From NCBI GenBank assembly GCA_033648345.1, contig GCA_033648345.1_4121.1: DNA of 64,000 bases; one strand, written 5' to 3'. Shown here piece after piece: positions 43,729 to 51,340 of the stretch; the first letter of the stretch is position 1, and each line of letters begins with the position of its first letter. This DNA comes from a phage. The notes beneath the pieces were generated by a model, which did not search any database, was not told where the DNA came from, and worked only from the letters and a program-made list of their open reading frames with translations. Made by a program: the position numbers and the translations under genes.

Positions 43729-43806
43729 ACATCAGGACGGGGAACGAAATAAGTAACTCCCCGTTAAGTAGCCCAGGAGTAAGGCACACGAAAAACTCCC
43801 CTGATA
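43729..43806 (+). ncRNA. candidate structured leader / small RNA, copy 1
   Basis: ATCAGG..CCTGAT closing stem; ACGGGGA..TCCCCGT hairpin; GGAG-TAAGGCACACGAAAAA-CTCC hairpin. Confidence 0.45.
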
Positions 43807-43873
43807 AAATAGTTTGACAAATGTTTTTAAAAGCGTATAATACTTACATCAACTACTGAATGAGGGTTACAAA
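43807..43873 (+). promoter_or_regulatory. second (proximal) promoter, leader CATCAACTACTGA
   Basis: TTGACA(43814)-N16-TATAAT(43836); GAGGG RBS. Confidence 0.6.
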
Positions 43874-44485
43874 ATGAAAACTATCACTACTACTACTTTC
43901 GTTATGGATTTTTCTGAATTGAACGCAGAACAAAAAACGTCAGCTATCGAACTGGTTCGGGAACGTGAAAAAAACTCAAACGACAATTATTTTTCTGAAA
44001 GTGAAATTGAATACTATAAAGAAACAGTACTACCGGAATATGGCATTAATGACGCTGAAATACAATTCAGTGGTTTTTGGTCCCAGGGTGACGGTGCATC
44101 AATCAGTACTGACCACGTTGACGGTGTGAAGTTTTTACGCAAGGTAAGAGCATTAACTAAGTATCGCTCAATCCGTCACTTGCTGAATGAAGATGATTTG
44201 GCGATGAGTGTAAAGCGTTCTCATTCTTTGTACTTGCATGAGAATACTGTAAGCGGGTACATTGAATCGGCTTACACTGATTTAACCGCAAAACAAGAAA
44301 CGTTAGTTAATGAGCTTGAGGAACTACTCACTGAAACTATTCGTGAATTATCCCGCAAGTTGTACCGTGATTTAGAGAATGCATATGAGGATCAATTCAC
44401 TACTGAAAACATCGTATCACTGATTGAGGGTAACGAATATCAATTCAATGTTATTGATGGCGTAGTAGAATCAATCGAATATTAA
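43874..44485 (+). CDS. hypothetical protein
   Basis: 203-aa ORF; FSGFWSQGDGA motif, function not recognised. Confidence 0.8.
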   Translation: MKTITTTTFVMDFSELNAEQKTSAIELVREREKNSNDNYFSESEIEYYKETVLPEYGINDAEIQFSGFWSQGDGASISTDHVDGVKFLRKVRALTKYRSIRHLLNEDDLAMSVKRSHSLYLHENTVSGYIESAYTDLTAKQETLVNELEELLTETIRELSRKLYRDLENAYEDQFTTENIVSLIEGNEYQFNVIDGVVESIEY

Positions 44486-44575
44486 TTCAAAAAGTACTTG
44501 CAAACTAAGTTTAAAAGCGTATAATACTTTATATCGAGGCGGGGAGTGGTTCCCCGCTCAAACGAGGATTTAAAA
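44486..44575 (+). promoter_or_regulatory. promoter + 5' stem-loop cassette
   Basis: AGTACTTGCAA..TATAAT; hairpin GCGGGGA-gtggt-TCCCCGC. Confidence 0.7.
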
Positions 44576-44815
44576 ATGGCTAGTACTAAAACTTATAACG
44601 GACACAAAAACAAAACTCAATGGAATGTAAGCCTTTGGATTAATAACGGTGAGTCATTGTATCGGCTTGCACAAAGTTGTATCGCACAAAGTAGAACTAA
44701 AGATATTGCAGCGGAATGCATGTACCGCAGATTAAAAGCCAACGGTACTACTACAACGCCGGACGGCTTTAAGTATAGCACTACTGCGATCCGTGCTGCA
44801 ATGGTTGGAATGTAA
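44576..44815 (+). CDS. hypothetical protein, paralogue of 42537
   Basis: ATG 44576 (MASTKTYNGHKNKTQWNVSLWINN). Confidence 0.75.
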   Translation: MASTKTYNGHKNKTQWNVSLWINNGESLYRLAQSCIAQSRTKDIAAECMYRRLKANGTTTTPDGFKYSTTAIRAAMVGM

Positions 44816-44873
44816 TATTCAGTACTGTAACAATGGCGGGGAATGGTTCCCGCCTTTATTGAGGGTTTATCTA
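44816..44873 (+). promoter_or_regulatory. stem-loop (terminator or 5' hairpin) upstream of 44874
   Basis: CAGTACTGTAACAAT then GGCGGGGAA-tgg-TTCCCGCC + TTTATT. Confidence 0.5.
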
Positions 44874-45134
44874 ATGAGTAAAGTAATTAACTATACAGTA
44901 CTAAGCAAGTCATTGTCTATCAGTGAATGCACCGATGGTTTTTGGCTTTATGATGAAACGCGTGGAATGAATTTAGCTATGCGTGTAAAAACTGCTGAGG
45001 CGGCGTATCTTGAGGCACTGGAATACTACCAGGAACGTTTAACGGAAGTAGAAGAAGATTATAAAAGCCTCAAAGCGAAAGTAGATCATTTCGTCGGTCA
45101 ATTCATCGAGGAAGACGACGATAAACAATACTGA
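44874..45134 (+). CDS. hypothetical protein
   Basis: ATG 44874 (MSKVINY) after GAGGG; track start 44793 overlaps the upstream gene. Confidence 0.65.
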   Translation: MSKVINYTVLSKSLSISECTDGFWLYDETRGMNLAMRVKTAEAAYLEALEYYQERLTEVEEDYKSLKAKVDHFVGQFIEEDDDKQY

Positions 45135-45222
45135 AAAAAAGTACTTGCAATTAGTTTTCAGTACTGTATAATAGTTTACATCAAGTGGAGAAATGGTTCT
45201 CCCTGGTAATGAGGAAAATAAA
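45135..45222 (+). promoter_or_regulatory. promoter + 5' stem-loop cassette
   Basis: AGTACTTGCAA..CAGTACTGTATAAT; hairpin GGAGAA-atgg-TTCTCC. Confidence 0.7.
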
Positions 45223-45444
45223 ATGGCTAATATCACTACTCTTTCCCAACTGGAAGCACTGGTTAAATCTATGCGGGAACATGCCGACAAAATCGGCGTA
45301 CAAGATCCAGCCGTTTGCTTCTGCGACGAATTGAATGATGATACCCTTGTAATAGCAGAAGTCCAGGACGTTTCTAACTATTCCTCGCGTTACACTGGCG
45401 GCGTAGCAAATAAAGGCGACTTCTGTTTATACCTTACAAAATAA
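45223..45444 (+). CDS. hypothetical protein
   Basis: ATG 45223 (MANITTL) after GAGGA. Confidence 0.7.
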   Translation: MANITTLSQLEALVKSMREHADKIGVQDPAVCFCDELNDDTLVIAEVQDVSNYSSRYTGGVANKGDFCLYLTK

Positions 45445-45449
45445 CAACG

Positions 45450-45479
45450 CGGGGAGATAATAACTCCCCGTTACTTTTT
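45450..45479. terminator. hairpin terminator
   Basis: CGGGGAG-ataataa-CTCCCCG + TTACTTTTT. Confidence 0.65.
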
Positions 45480-45502
45480 CAGTACTGAATCATTTAATAG
45501 AC

Positions 45503-45525
45503 GGATCTATGCACCCGGTGGGTTA
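45503..45525 (-). repeat. conserved core element copy H (candidate small RNA)
   Basis: Minus: TTGACA(45579-45574)-N17-CATAAT(45556-45551)..GAC-gaaaca-GTC..TAACCCACCGGGTGCATAGATCC. Confidence 0.75.
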
Positions 45526-45599
45526 GTGACTGTTTCGTCTTGATGTAGTAATTATGCCAGTACTGGATGCAGTTGTCAACAACTATTTTTCAAATACTT

Positions 45600-45687
45600 T
45601 TTATTAAAATACTTGCAATTAGTTTTTAAACGCGTATAATGTTTTGCATAGGGGGAGCGGTTCCCCTGGTAACTAAGGAATAATAAA
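45600..45687 (+). promoter_or_regulatory. promoter + 5' stem-loop cassette
   Basis: ATACTTGCAA..TATAAT; hairpin AGGGG-gagcggtt-CCCCT. Confidence 0.65.
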
Positions 45688-45924
45688 ATGCTTGAACAAA
45701 TCAAATCAACGTCTGCGAATGTAACGGGAACGGTAGCACACTTTACTAGTGATGAATCGCGGGGCGTTCCCTATTGTGCTGTACATGTAAACACTGATGG
45801 CAACTACTGGTTTACGGTTTACGGATCATATTCATTTGGACGGCCTGGGCATCAAAAAATTCTGGATAAAGTACAACCAACGGGTAAAAATATCACTGCC
45901 GAAATGTTTTATAAAAAATCATAA
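45688..45924 (+). CDS. hypothetical protein
   Basis: 78-aa ORF, AAGGA RBS. Confidence 0.7.
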   Translation: MLEQIKSTSANVTGTVAHFTSDESRGVPYCAVHVNTDGNYWFTVYGSYSFGRPGHQKILDKVQPTGKNITAEMFYKKS

Positions 45925-46008
45925 AGTACTTGATAATAGTTTTTAGTACTGTATAATATTTTACATCGCAAGGGGGAGCGGTTCCCCCTAGTAACTAAGG
46001 ATAATCAA
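45925..46008 (+). promoter_or_regulatory. promoter + 5' stem-loop cassette
   Basis: AGTACTTGATAA..AGTACTGTATAAT; hairpin GGGGGA-gcggt-TCCCCC. Confidence 0.65.
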
Positions 46009-46308
46009 ATGAAAATTGCAATCATCGCCCTGGCTTTATCTGTTTCCTCTTTCGCTGTTAATGCGTCATTAGATGTAAGTAGTGAAAAATTCATTCAGTG
46101 CACTGTTGCAATGACCGATGAAAGAACTGGCGAGATTGTATTAAAGGATTTAGAGATCCAGCCGGAAGCATTTAAAAACGGCCCGTTCCATGAAGAAGAC
46201 GAAAACGGTAGCACAACAATTTATTATGATGCCAGTACTAAACGCGGTTCGGTCACTGTAATGGATACTGAGAAAGTAACTCATACTGGCGTTATTAATT
46301 GCCGTTGA
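46009..46308 (+). CDS. small secreted protein (signal peptide)
   Basis: MKIAIIALALSVSSFAVNA leader; Cys near both ends. Confidence 0.75.
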   Translation: MKIAIIALALSVSSFAVNASLDVSSEKFIQCTVAMTDERTGEIVLKDLEIQPEAFKNGPFHEEDENGSTTIYYDASTKRGSVTVMDTEKVTHTGVINCR

Positions 46309-46329
46309 TAGATACTACGGGGTAACATC

Positions 46330-46560
46330 ATGACTAAGCGAATTGTTTTACTTAACGAAAGCAGTACTACACAACTACTTAACGCCGTGCATTATGATAT
46401 TGAAACGAGCGTTAATCTTATCAGTACTGTAGTACTGTTGGACACTGGAAAGGTCGCCAATGATAAAGCGATTGCAGGTATATTAACGGATCTTGAGCCT
46501 GGTAGCAGTGCACCAATAACGTTAAATGGTAAAGTGTTTAATATTTTACTCACTGATTAA
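46330..46560 (+). CDS. hypothetical protein
   Basis: 76-aa ORF followed by strong terminator. Confidence 0.65.
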   Translation: MTKRIVLLNESSTTQLLNAVHYDIETSVNLISTVVLLDTGKVANDKAIAGILTDLEPGSSAPITLNGKVFNILLTD

Positions 46561-46566
46561 GTACAT

Positions 46567-46590
46567 AGCCCACCTGGTGGGCTTTTTTGT
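46567..46590 (+). terminator. intrinsic terminator
   Basis: AGCCCAC-ctg-GTGGGCT + T6. Confidence 0.8.
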
Positions 46591-46642
46591 TTTTGTAGTA
46601 TCGTAGTACTGAGATACTTTGAAAATAGTTTTAAAAAAGTAG

Positions 46643-46670
46643 TTGACATTACCGCAGAAAAGCGTAGAAT
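46643..46670 (+). promoter_or_regulatory. sigma70-like promoter
   Basis: TTGACA-N16-TAGAAT. Confidence 0.6.
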
Positions 46671-46675
46671 GTATT

Positions 46676-46750
46676 ACATCAAGACGGGGAGCACTAAGTA
46701 GACCGCCAGTAAGTCGAACGAAAAACTGGACACGTCGAGAAAACTTTGAT
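46676..46750 (+). ncRNA. candidate structured leader, copy 3 (diverged, covarying)
   Basis: ATCAA..TTGAT closing stem; GACG..CGTC; CCAG-TAAGTCGAACGAAAAA-CTGG. Confidence 0.45.
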
Positions 46751-46793
46751 ACACTAATAAACGTAAACTAAACTTTAATTGAGGATTTATAAA

Positions 46794-47276
46794 ATGGCTA
46801 ATGTAAAATCATTCATCAAAGCACTGGTAGCAAATGAAACTAACGTCGCGGCAGAGATCCTGGCTGAACTGGATAACGATACCATGAAAGCGGTACGCAA
46901 TAATTTTAACATCGCGTACAGTACTGCGAAAGAACTACAAGCAAATAAAGCAGCAGAGATCGAGGCAGCAAAGGCGGCCCGTGAAGCAGAACTACAAGCA
47001 ACAATTGAAAGTATTCAGGCGGCAGTAGTTGGATTGGATCTGGAAGTAGTTACAGAGATGGCACAAAAAGCCCTGGCGAAAAAGTACGGGGAAGACAAGC
47101 CAGAAGTAAAAGCCAAAAAATGGATTCAAGAACGTGTAGCGGTAGTACTTGATAATGGGGAAGAATATCTGATTCCGGTGCGTGGTAACTGCATTGCTGT
47201 AGTACTGGATGCGATTAACTCCAGCGGTATGACTCGCGAGGAATGGATCGAAGCTCATCGCAAAGTGGAAGCATAA
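46794..47276 (+). CDS. hypothetical coiled-coil-like protein
   Basis: ATG 46794 (MANVKSF) after GAGGA; Ala/Glu/Lys-rich centre. Confidence 0.75.
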   Translation: MANVKSFIKALVANETNVAAEILAELDNDTMKAVRNNFNIAYSTAKELQANKAAEIEAAKAAREAELQATIESIQAAVVGLDLEVVTEMAQKALAKKYGEDKPEVKAKKWIQERVAVVLDNGEEYLIPVRGNCIAVVLDAINSSGMTREEWIEAHRKVEA

Positions 47277-47297
47277 CAATTAAAGTACTGAATCACT

Positions 47298-47324
47298 AGC
47301 CCACTGTATAAGTGGGCTTTTTTG
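47298..47324 (+). terminator. intrinsic terminator
   Basis: AGCCCAC-tgtataa-GTGGGCT + T6. Confidence 0.8.
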
Positions 47325-47342
47325 TGTTTATCGTTTACCAGG

Positions 47343-47412
47343 CCACCAGCACCGCCTAGAATCGATTCTAACGCATTAAACTGATTATCTGATGCATCGC
47401 CCTAGCTGGTGG
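47343..47412. other. inverted Chi pair bracketing a 54-nt segment with a 14-bp perfect palindrome
   Basis: CCACCAGC (47343-47350) ... TAGAATCGATTCTA (47357-47370) ... GCTGGTGG (47405-47412). Confidence 0.85.
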
Positions 47413-47460
47413 AGTTAAGGCCGTTAGAATGCGATTTAGAGCGTTTAAAGTATTTTGCAA

Positions 47461-47550
47461 AAAGTAATAAAAAGTACTTGCACGATTCAGAGATTAGCGT
47501 ATAATGTTTTACATCAAGGCGAAACACCTTAACTAACTGAGGATATAAAG
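47461..47550 (+). promoter_or_regulatory. class AGTACTTGCA promoter
   Basis: AGTACTTGCAC..GCGTATAATGTTTTACATC; GAGGA RBS. Confidence 0.65.
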
Positions 47551-47703
47551 ATGAATACTTATGAACTGGATTGTTTCACTATGCAAGTAATGTTAGTATG
47601 CAGTAAAAAAGAATGGTCATCAAAGGAATTTAAAGCAGTTATTGCGTGTGCAAAACACGGCAAGACTATCAATGAAACGGCATCAATCATTGATAAACTT
47701 TAA
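47551..47703 (+). CDS. hypothetical small protein (50 aa, not in track), paralogue of 51734
   Basis: C-term CAKHGKTINETASIIDKL vs CQQNGKSVKDTVKIIRKM. Confidence 0.6.
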   Translation: MNTYELDCFTMQVMLVCSKKEWSSKEFKAVIACAKHGKTINETASIIDKL

Positions 47704-47773
47704 AAAATAGTTTGACAATAGTTTTAAGTACTGACATAATACATACATCAACTACTGAATAGGAATCAAAACA
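47704..47773 (+). promoter_or_regulatory. promoter with CATCAACTACTGA leader
   Basis: TAGTTTGACAA..AGTACTGACATAAT..ACATCAACTACTGAATAGGAA. Confidence 0.6.
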
Positions 47774-48001
47774 ATGGCTATCGTAATCACTCGCGTATCT
47801 GGTACTACTGGCAATTCTTCTACTGTTGCTGTAATTACTAATAAGAAAGGTGCGGAATTACATTTTGCAATGAATACCTGGGCGGTGAATGAGTTCGGTC
47901 AGTGGGCTAGTGTAGAATACATTGAAACCTATCAAGTGCCAACCATTAGCTTAACGGATCTCGGCGTAGATCGTATCTTATGCCTGGATGAATTAAATTA
48001 A
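47774..48001 (+). CDS. hypothetical protein
   Basis: 75-aa ORF. Confidence 0.7.
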   Translation: MAIVITRVSGTTGNSSTVAVITNKKGAELHFAMNTWAVNEFGQWASVEYIETYQVPTISLTDLGVDRILCLDELN

Positions 48002-48086
48002 AAAAGTACTTGCAAAGTAAATCAAATAAAGTATAATACATTACATCAAGGGGAGAAATGGTTCTCCCCACTACAAGGAAACTAAA
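48002..48086 (+). promoter_or_regulatory. promoter + 5' stem-loop cassette
   Basis: AGTACTTGCAA..TATAAT; hairpin GGGGAGAA-atgg-TTCTCCCC. Confidence 0.7.
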
Positions 48087-48230
48087 ATGAAAACTTGTCA
48101 ATGTGGTCAGAAATCTATTACGGGTTTAAAGCGGGGCGTTGCTCTTTGCCAGTACCATTATAATTTACAAGTATGGGGTAAAGAATGGGCCGACCAGGTG
48201 GAAGCAGCAAAGAAAGCAAAAAGTAAGTAA
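48087..48230 (+). CDS. small Cys-rich protein (47 aa, not in track)
   Basis: MKTCQCGQKS...CQYHYN; AAGGAA RBS. Confidence 0.6.
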   Translation: MKTCQCGQKSITGLKRGVALCQYHYNLQVWGKEWADQVEAAKKAKSK

Positions 48231-48311
48231 AAATATTATCACAGTACTATTGACATAGTTTGATAGTACTGGCATAATAGATTTTATCAAGACAACTAAG
48301 AGGAAACAATA
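48231..48311 (+). promoter_or_regulatory. promoter class AGTACTATTGACA..AGTACTGGCATAAT (copy 1 of exact repeat)
   Basis: By eye identical over about 85 bp to 48525-48605. Confidence 0.7.
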
Positions 48312-48524
48312 ATGGCTATCATCACAAAAATCAAAGTAAACAAATCACTGGTTAAGCTGGAAGAAGTGAAAGAAGGTTATAAAGTATCGTGGTGCGGCAT
48401 GTATCGGATTTTTACAGATGTTGACGATGCAATCAATTACTACACTGACACGGTAAAAAACTTTGTTCGTGCTGATGTGGTTATGGCAGTGGCAACACAC
48501 AAAGCATCGAAAGAAAGTAAGTAA
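48312..48524 (+). CDS. hypothetical protein
   Basis: 70-aa ORF, GAGGAA RBS. Confidence 0.7.
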   Translation: MAIITKIKVNKSLVKLEEVKEGYKVSWCGMYRIFTDVDDAINYYTDTVKNFVRADVVMAVATHKASKESK

Positions 48525-48605
48525 AAATATTATCACAGTACTATTGACATAGTTTGATAGTACTGGCATAATAGATTTTATCAAGACAACTAAGAGGAAA
48601 TTAAA
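48525..48605 (+). promoter_or_regulatory. promoter class AGTACTATTGACA..AGTACTGGCATAAT (copy 2 of exact repeat)
   Basis: The repeat includes the last codons AGTAAGTAA of the upstream gene. Confidence 0.7.
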
Positions 48606-48950
48606 ATGGCTAACATCAACACTATCGCAGCACAAAATATCAACCTGTCTTCTGTTGAAGTTGTACATATTGCCGCTCGGCGTTGGTTCCAGGCTTCATA
48701 TGGTAACACTTATTTCTCTTTAAGTGTAGACGTAGAAATTGATGGTAATTTTATTGAAGTAGTAAACGTGCCGTTCCAATATGGATACGGGGATCATTTT
48801 GACACTGTAGCAATGGAAGAATTTAGCAAGGTTATTAATATGGAAGGTAAAGAGTTTTTACGCGGTTCTTATCTTTCACGTTTTTGCCGTGATAATAATA
48901 TCACTGTTTACAGTTCGGTAACTGATGTTAAACGCAAAAAAGATCTTTAA
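48606..48950 (+). CDS. hypothetical protein, paralogue of 55466
   Basis: RW..S.GNTY.S..V...YGYG...DVKRKKD(L/M) shared. Confidence 0.75.
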   Translation: MANINTIAAQNINLSSVEVVHIAARRWFQASYGNTYFSLSVDVEIDGNFIEVVNVPFQYGYGDHFDTVAMEEFSKVINMEGKEFLRGSYLSRFCRDNNITVYSSVTDVKRKKDL

Positions 48951-49030
48951 TTAGCTTTACTTTATGCAGATACTTTGATATAGTGTCTGCATAGGGGAAA
49001 GAAATTAAATTAACTTAAGAGGATAGTATA

Positions 49031-49300
49031 ATGAAAAATATCAGTACTTTAATTGATGCAGGTACACATGTTCGGCGGTCTATGGTTGCAACCAGTACTA
49101 CAAAACAAGTAGCAAGCGGTTATCTTGTATTTGTGCACGATGGAAAACTCCTGGAACGTTCAATCAATTTTGATGTTAAAAACAATTGCCGTTTTATTAT
49201 TTTTAAGCGTGAACAATATAAAATTGATTTACCAGCGAAGCCCATTAGCGGGGCGTATAACGTCTATTCATTGTTTGAGCGTCAACCATACACCTATTAA
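49031..49300 (+). CDS. hypothetical protein
   Basis: 89-aa ORF, GAGGA RBS. Confidence 0.7.
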   Translation: MKNISTLIDAGTHVRRSMVATSTTKQVASGYLVFVHDGKLLERSINFDVKNNCRFIIFKREQYKIDLPAKPISGAYNVYSLFERQPYTY

Positions 49301-49351
49301 TCAAAACATCGTTAGCGGTCGATTTAGGCCGCTTATATTGGGGATTATACC

Positions 49352-49624
49352 ATGAACGTTAATCAAGTACTGAATGAGATCGAAAGCATCATTAAACCAA
49401 TGAAACGCATTGATGCTATGTTAACACCGGAAGAATGCCGCCTTTATGAGCGTTACAGCGTCGAACAAGTCCAGGCAATGGCTATGGCTACCCCAGCCGT
49501 TAAACAGCCTGAGAACGCGTTACAGGACGTTACAGGGGATTATATCATCAATCCAGTACTAGGGAAGATGGCGGCAATCACCGAAGATCAACAAGACTAC
49601 TTAAGCCAGTACTTAAAAGGTTAA
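49352..49624 (+). CDS. hypothetical protein
   Basis: 90-aa ORF, GGGGA RBS. Confidence 0.7.
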   Translation: MNVNQVLNEIESIIKPMKRIDAMLTPEECRLYERYSVEQVQAMAMATPAVKQPENALQDVTGDYIINPVLGKMAAITEDQQDYLSQYLKG

Positions 49625-49629
49625 TTAAT

Positions 49630-49839
49630 ATGCTTACTGTACAGGATAAGATCGACATCTTAAAGGTTAATATGTATGTGATTGATGCCGTACCTGGTAA
49701 AGTATTTGCATACGATGACACTACTGTAAGCGATTTCTACTATAGCCAGGCCGTGGGGGATCTTTCTGTACAGTCGGTTATTGAAAACGTAGTTAATGCA
49801 GCGTATGAGCATTTACTTTCAAATAGTACTTGCAATTAG
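49630..49839 (+). CDS. hypothetical protein
   Basis: 69-aa ORF; its last codons contain the -35 of the next cassette. Confidence 0.65.
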   Translation: MLTVQDKIDILKVNMYVIDAVPGKVFAYDDTTVSDFYYSQAVGDLSVQSVIENVVNAAYEHLLSNSTCN

Positions 49840-49908
49840 TTTTTAAACGCGTATAATGTTTTACATGAAGGGGAGAAATGATTCTCCCCACTAATTAAGG
49901 AATATGAA
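49825..49908 (+). promoter_or_regulatory. promoter + 5' stem-loop cassette
   Basis: AGTACTTGCAATTAG..TATAAT; hairpin GGGGAGAA-atga-TTCTCCCC. Confidence 0.7.
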
Positions 49909-50055
49909 ATGAAAGCATCAAAAAAGAGTAATACTAAGAAAGCACGTTCACCTTTCGCTGGGGTATTCCCTTTACGTTTCGTTGATGAAGTGGTTTCCTA
50001 CCCGCCGGGCCTTACTCCTGAGATGGTAGAAAGTTTGCGTAAATCTAAAAAATAG
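49909..50055 (+). CDS. hypothetical small basic protein (48 aa, not in track)
   Basis: MKASKKSNTKKARS...; AAGGAA RBS. Confidence 0.55.
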   Translation: MKASKKSNTKKARSPFAGVFPLRFVDEVVSYPPGLTPEMVESLRKSKK

Positions 50056-50136
50056 TACTTGCAATTAGTTTTTAAACGCGTATAATGTTTTACATAGAGG
50101 GGAGAAATGGTTCTCCCCAATAACAGGAGAATCAAA
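50056..50136 (+). promoter_or_regulatory. promoter + 5' stem-loop cassette
   Basis: Near-duplicate of the 49825 cassette; hairpin GGGGAGAA-atgg-TTCTCCCC. Confidence 0.7.
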
Positions 50137-50289
50137 ATGAAACAATACAATGCTCGGTTTGATGTTACTATCGGCAACGGCAAAGGTCAATTTTCTTTCA
50201 GTACTCGCCGCAGTTATACAGAAAACTTCCTGCGTAATTGTGCACTGACCGCCGCACAAATTAAACATTACTTCCAGGCTAAAAAATGA
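50137..50289 (+). CDS. hypothetical small protein (50 aa)
   Basis: ATG 50137 (MKQYNARF) after AGGAGA. Confidence 0.6.
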   Translation: MKQYNARFDVTIGNGKGQFSFSTRRSYTENFLRNCALTAAQIKHYFQAKK

Positions 50290-50375
50290 AATCATTAGCT
50301 TATTACAGTTCAGCGGTGATCGGTGCATTGATCGCGGCATTGTTAGTAACCTATCTATTCTTTATGGTGATTTAA
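50286..50375 (+). CDS. possible 29-aa single-TM peptide
   Basis: MKSLAYYSSAVIGALIAALLVTYLFFMVI; ATGA overlap with upstream stop. Confidence 0.4.
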   Translation: MKSLAYYSSAVIGALIAALLVTYLFFMVI

Positions 50376-50510
50376 ATGAATCCTAACGGTTTAATTTACA
50401 GTACTCCTAAAACGAAAGCAGATAAAGCGAAAGCACGTAAAGCGAAAGTAAAGGAGTACATTAAGCAAGGCATGACGCGAAAGGCGGCAGTACTGAAAGC
50501 TAAAAAATAA
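50376..50510 (+). CDS. possible 44-aa Lys-rich peptide
   Basis: MNPNGLIYSTPKTKADKAKARKAKVKEY...; TAAATG junction. Confidence 0.4.
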   Translation: MNPNGLIYSTPKTKADKAKARKAKVKEYIKQGMTRKAAVLKAKK

Positions 50511-50520
50511 ATGAAAAAAG

Positions 50521-50552
50521 TGGTTGACTTCGGTCAGCCATTTTGCTATTAT
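50521..50552 (+). promoter_or_regulatory. UUCG hairpin terminator with embedded -35 and downstream -10
   Basis: TGGTTGAC-TTCG-GTCAGCCA; TATTAT 50547-50552. Confidence 0.7.
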
Positions 50553-50575
50553 ATATTCATTGAGAGATAGCTCAC

Positions 50576-50601
50576 TAGCCCACCGGGTGCATAAGTGTAT
50601 C
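50576..50601 (+). repeat. conserved core element copy A (candidate small RNA)
   Basis: GAG-agatag-CTC hairpin then TAGCCCACCGGGTGCATAAGTGTATC. Confidence 0.75.
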
Positions 50602-50629
50602 TATTATATAAGTATTGAGTACTGAAAAC

Positions 50630-50724
50630 TATTTTTAAAAAGTACTTGCAAACTATCTCAATAAGCGTATAATGTTTTACATCGAAAGGGGAAACGGTTT
50701 CCCCTGGTAATAAGGAAACAAATC
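50630..50724 (+). promoter_or_regulatory. promoter + 5' stem-loop cassette
   Basis: AGTACTTGCAA..TATAAT; hairpin AGGGGAAAC-gg-TTTCCCCT. Confidence 0.7.
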
Positions 50725-51066
50725 ATGACTATTGCAATTGCTCAATCTAACTTTGAAAATGAAATCATCGCCCAGGCACTGCGTTTAAATGATGGTCGGG
50801 CCGAAATTAATTACGGTTTCAATTCAGGCGGTTGTGAAAAATATCAGTACTTTGTAACTGCTGATGGCGGTGTCCTGGGCATCAATACCGTTATTGTAAA
50901 CATTCAGAAAATTAATTTCAATGATCCAGACGATAGCCAGTTTTACATTGTAGGCGTAGACGTGAACTATGAGGATGACTCACTAACTGATGATCACACT
51001 GGCGAGCGGTTAGAAAGTGCATACGGTGAAGATGATTATCAGTCCGGTCCAGAAGATTTCGAATAA
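50725..51066 (+). CDS. hypothetical acidic protein
   Basis: 113-aa ORF, AAGGAA RBS. Confidence 0.75.
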   Translation: MTIAIAQSNFENEIIAQALRLNDGRAEINYGFNSGGCEKYQYFVTADGGVLGINTVIVNIQKINFNDPDDSQFYIVGVDVNYEDDSLTDDHTGERLESAYGEDDYQSGPEDFE

Positions 51067-51157
51067 TATAAAAAATAGTTTGACAATAGATTATAGTACT
51101 GTATAATTAATTACATCAAGGGGAGAATAGTTCTCCCCAACTAAGAGGAAAAAGAAA
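51067..51157 (+). promoter_or_regulatory. promoter + 5' stem-loop cassette (TTGACA class)
   Basis: TAGTTTGACAATAGATTATAGTACTGTATAAT; hairpin GGGGAGAA-tag-TTCTCCCC. Confidence 0.7.
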
Positions 51158-51340
51158 ATGGCTGAATTAATCGCTCGGAATACAATTGCAGGCGTTGAAG
51201 ATGTAACATTATCATATGATTCAGATAAACAAGTTTACGTCGTTCGTTATGGTCTGATTGGTGTTAACGTTGATTATATTGATGAAGCCTTTGAAAAATA
51301 CTTTGAATTTATTAATATGGCTTATAATGATTATCGTTAA
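51158..51340 (+). CDS. hypothetical protein
   Basis: 60-aa ORF. Confidence 0.65.
   Translation: MAELIARNTIAGVEDVTLSYDSDKQVYVVRYGLIGVNVDYIDEAFEKYFEFINMAYNDYR

Noticed and set aside
47343-47412. tRNA gene hypothesis for the 70-nt bracketed element
   Set aside because: Manual cloverleaf test: a 7-bp acceptor-like stem exists, but the 17 nt before the 3' arm cannot form a T-stem, there is no TTC loop, and there is no D-arm pairing. I saw no other tRNA-like sequence in the window.
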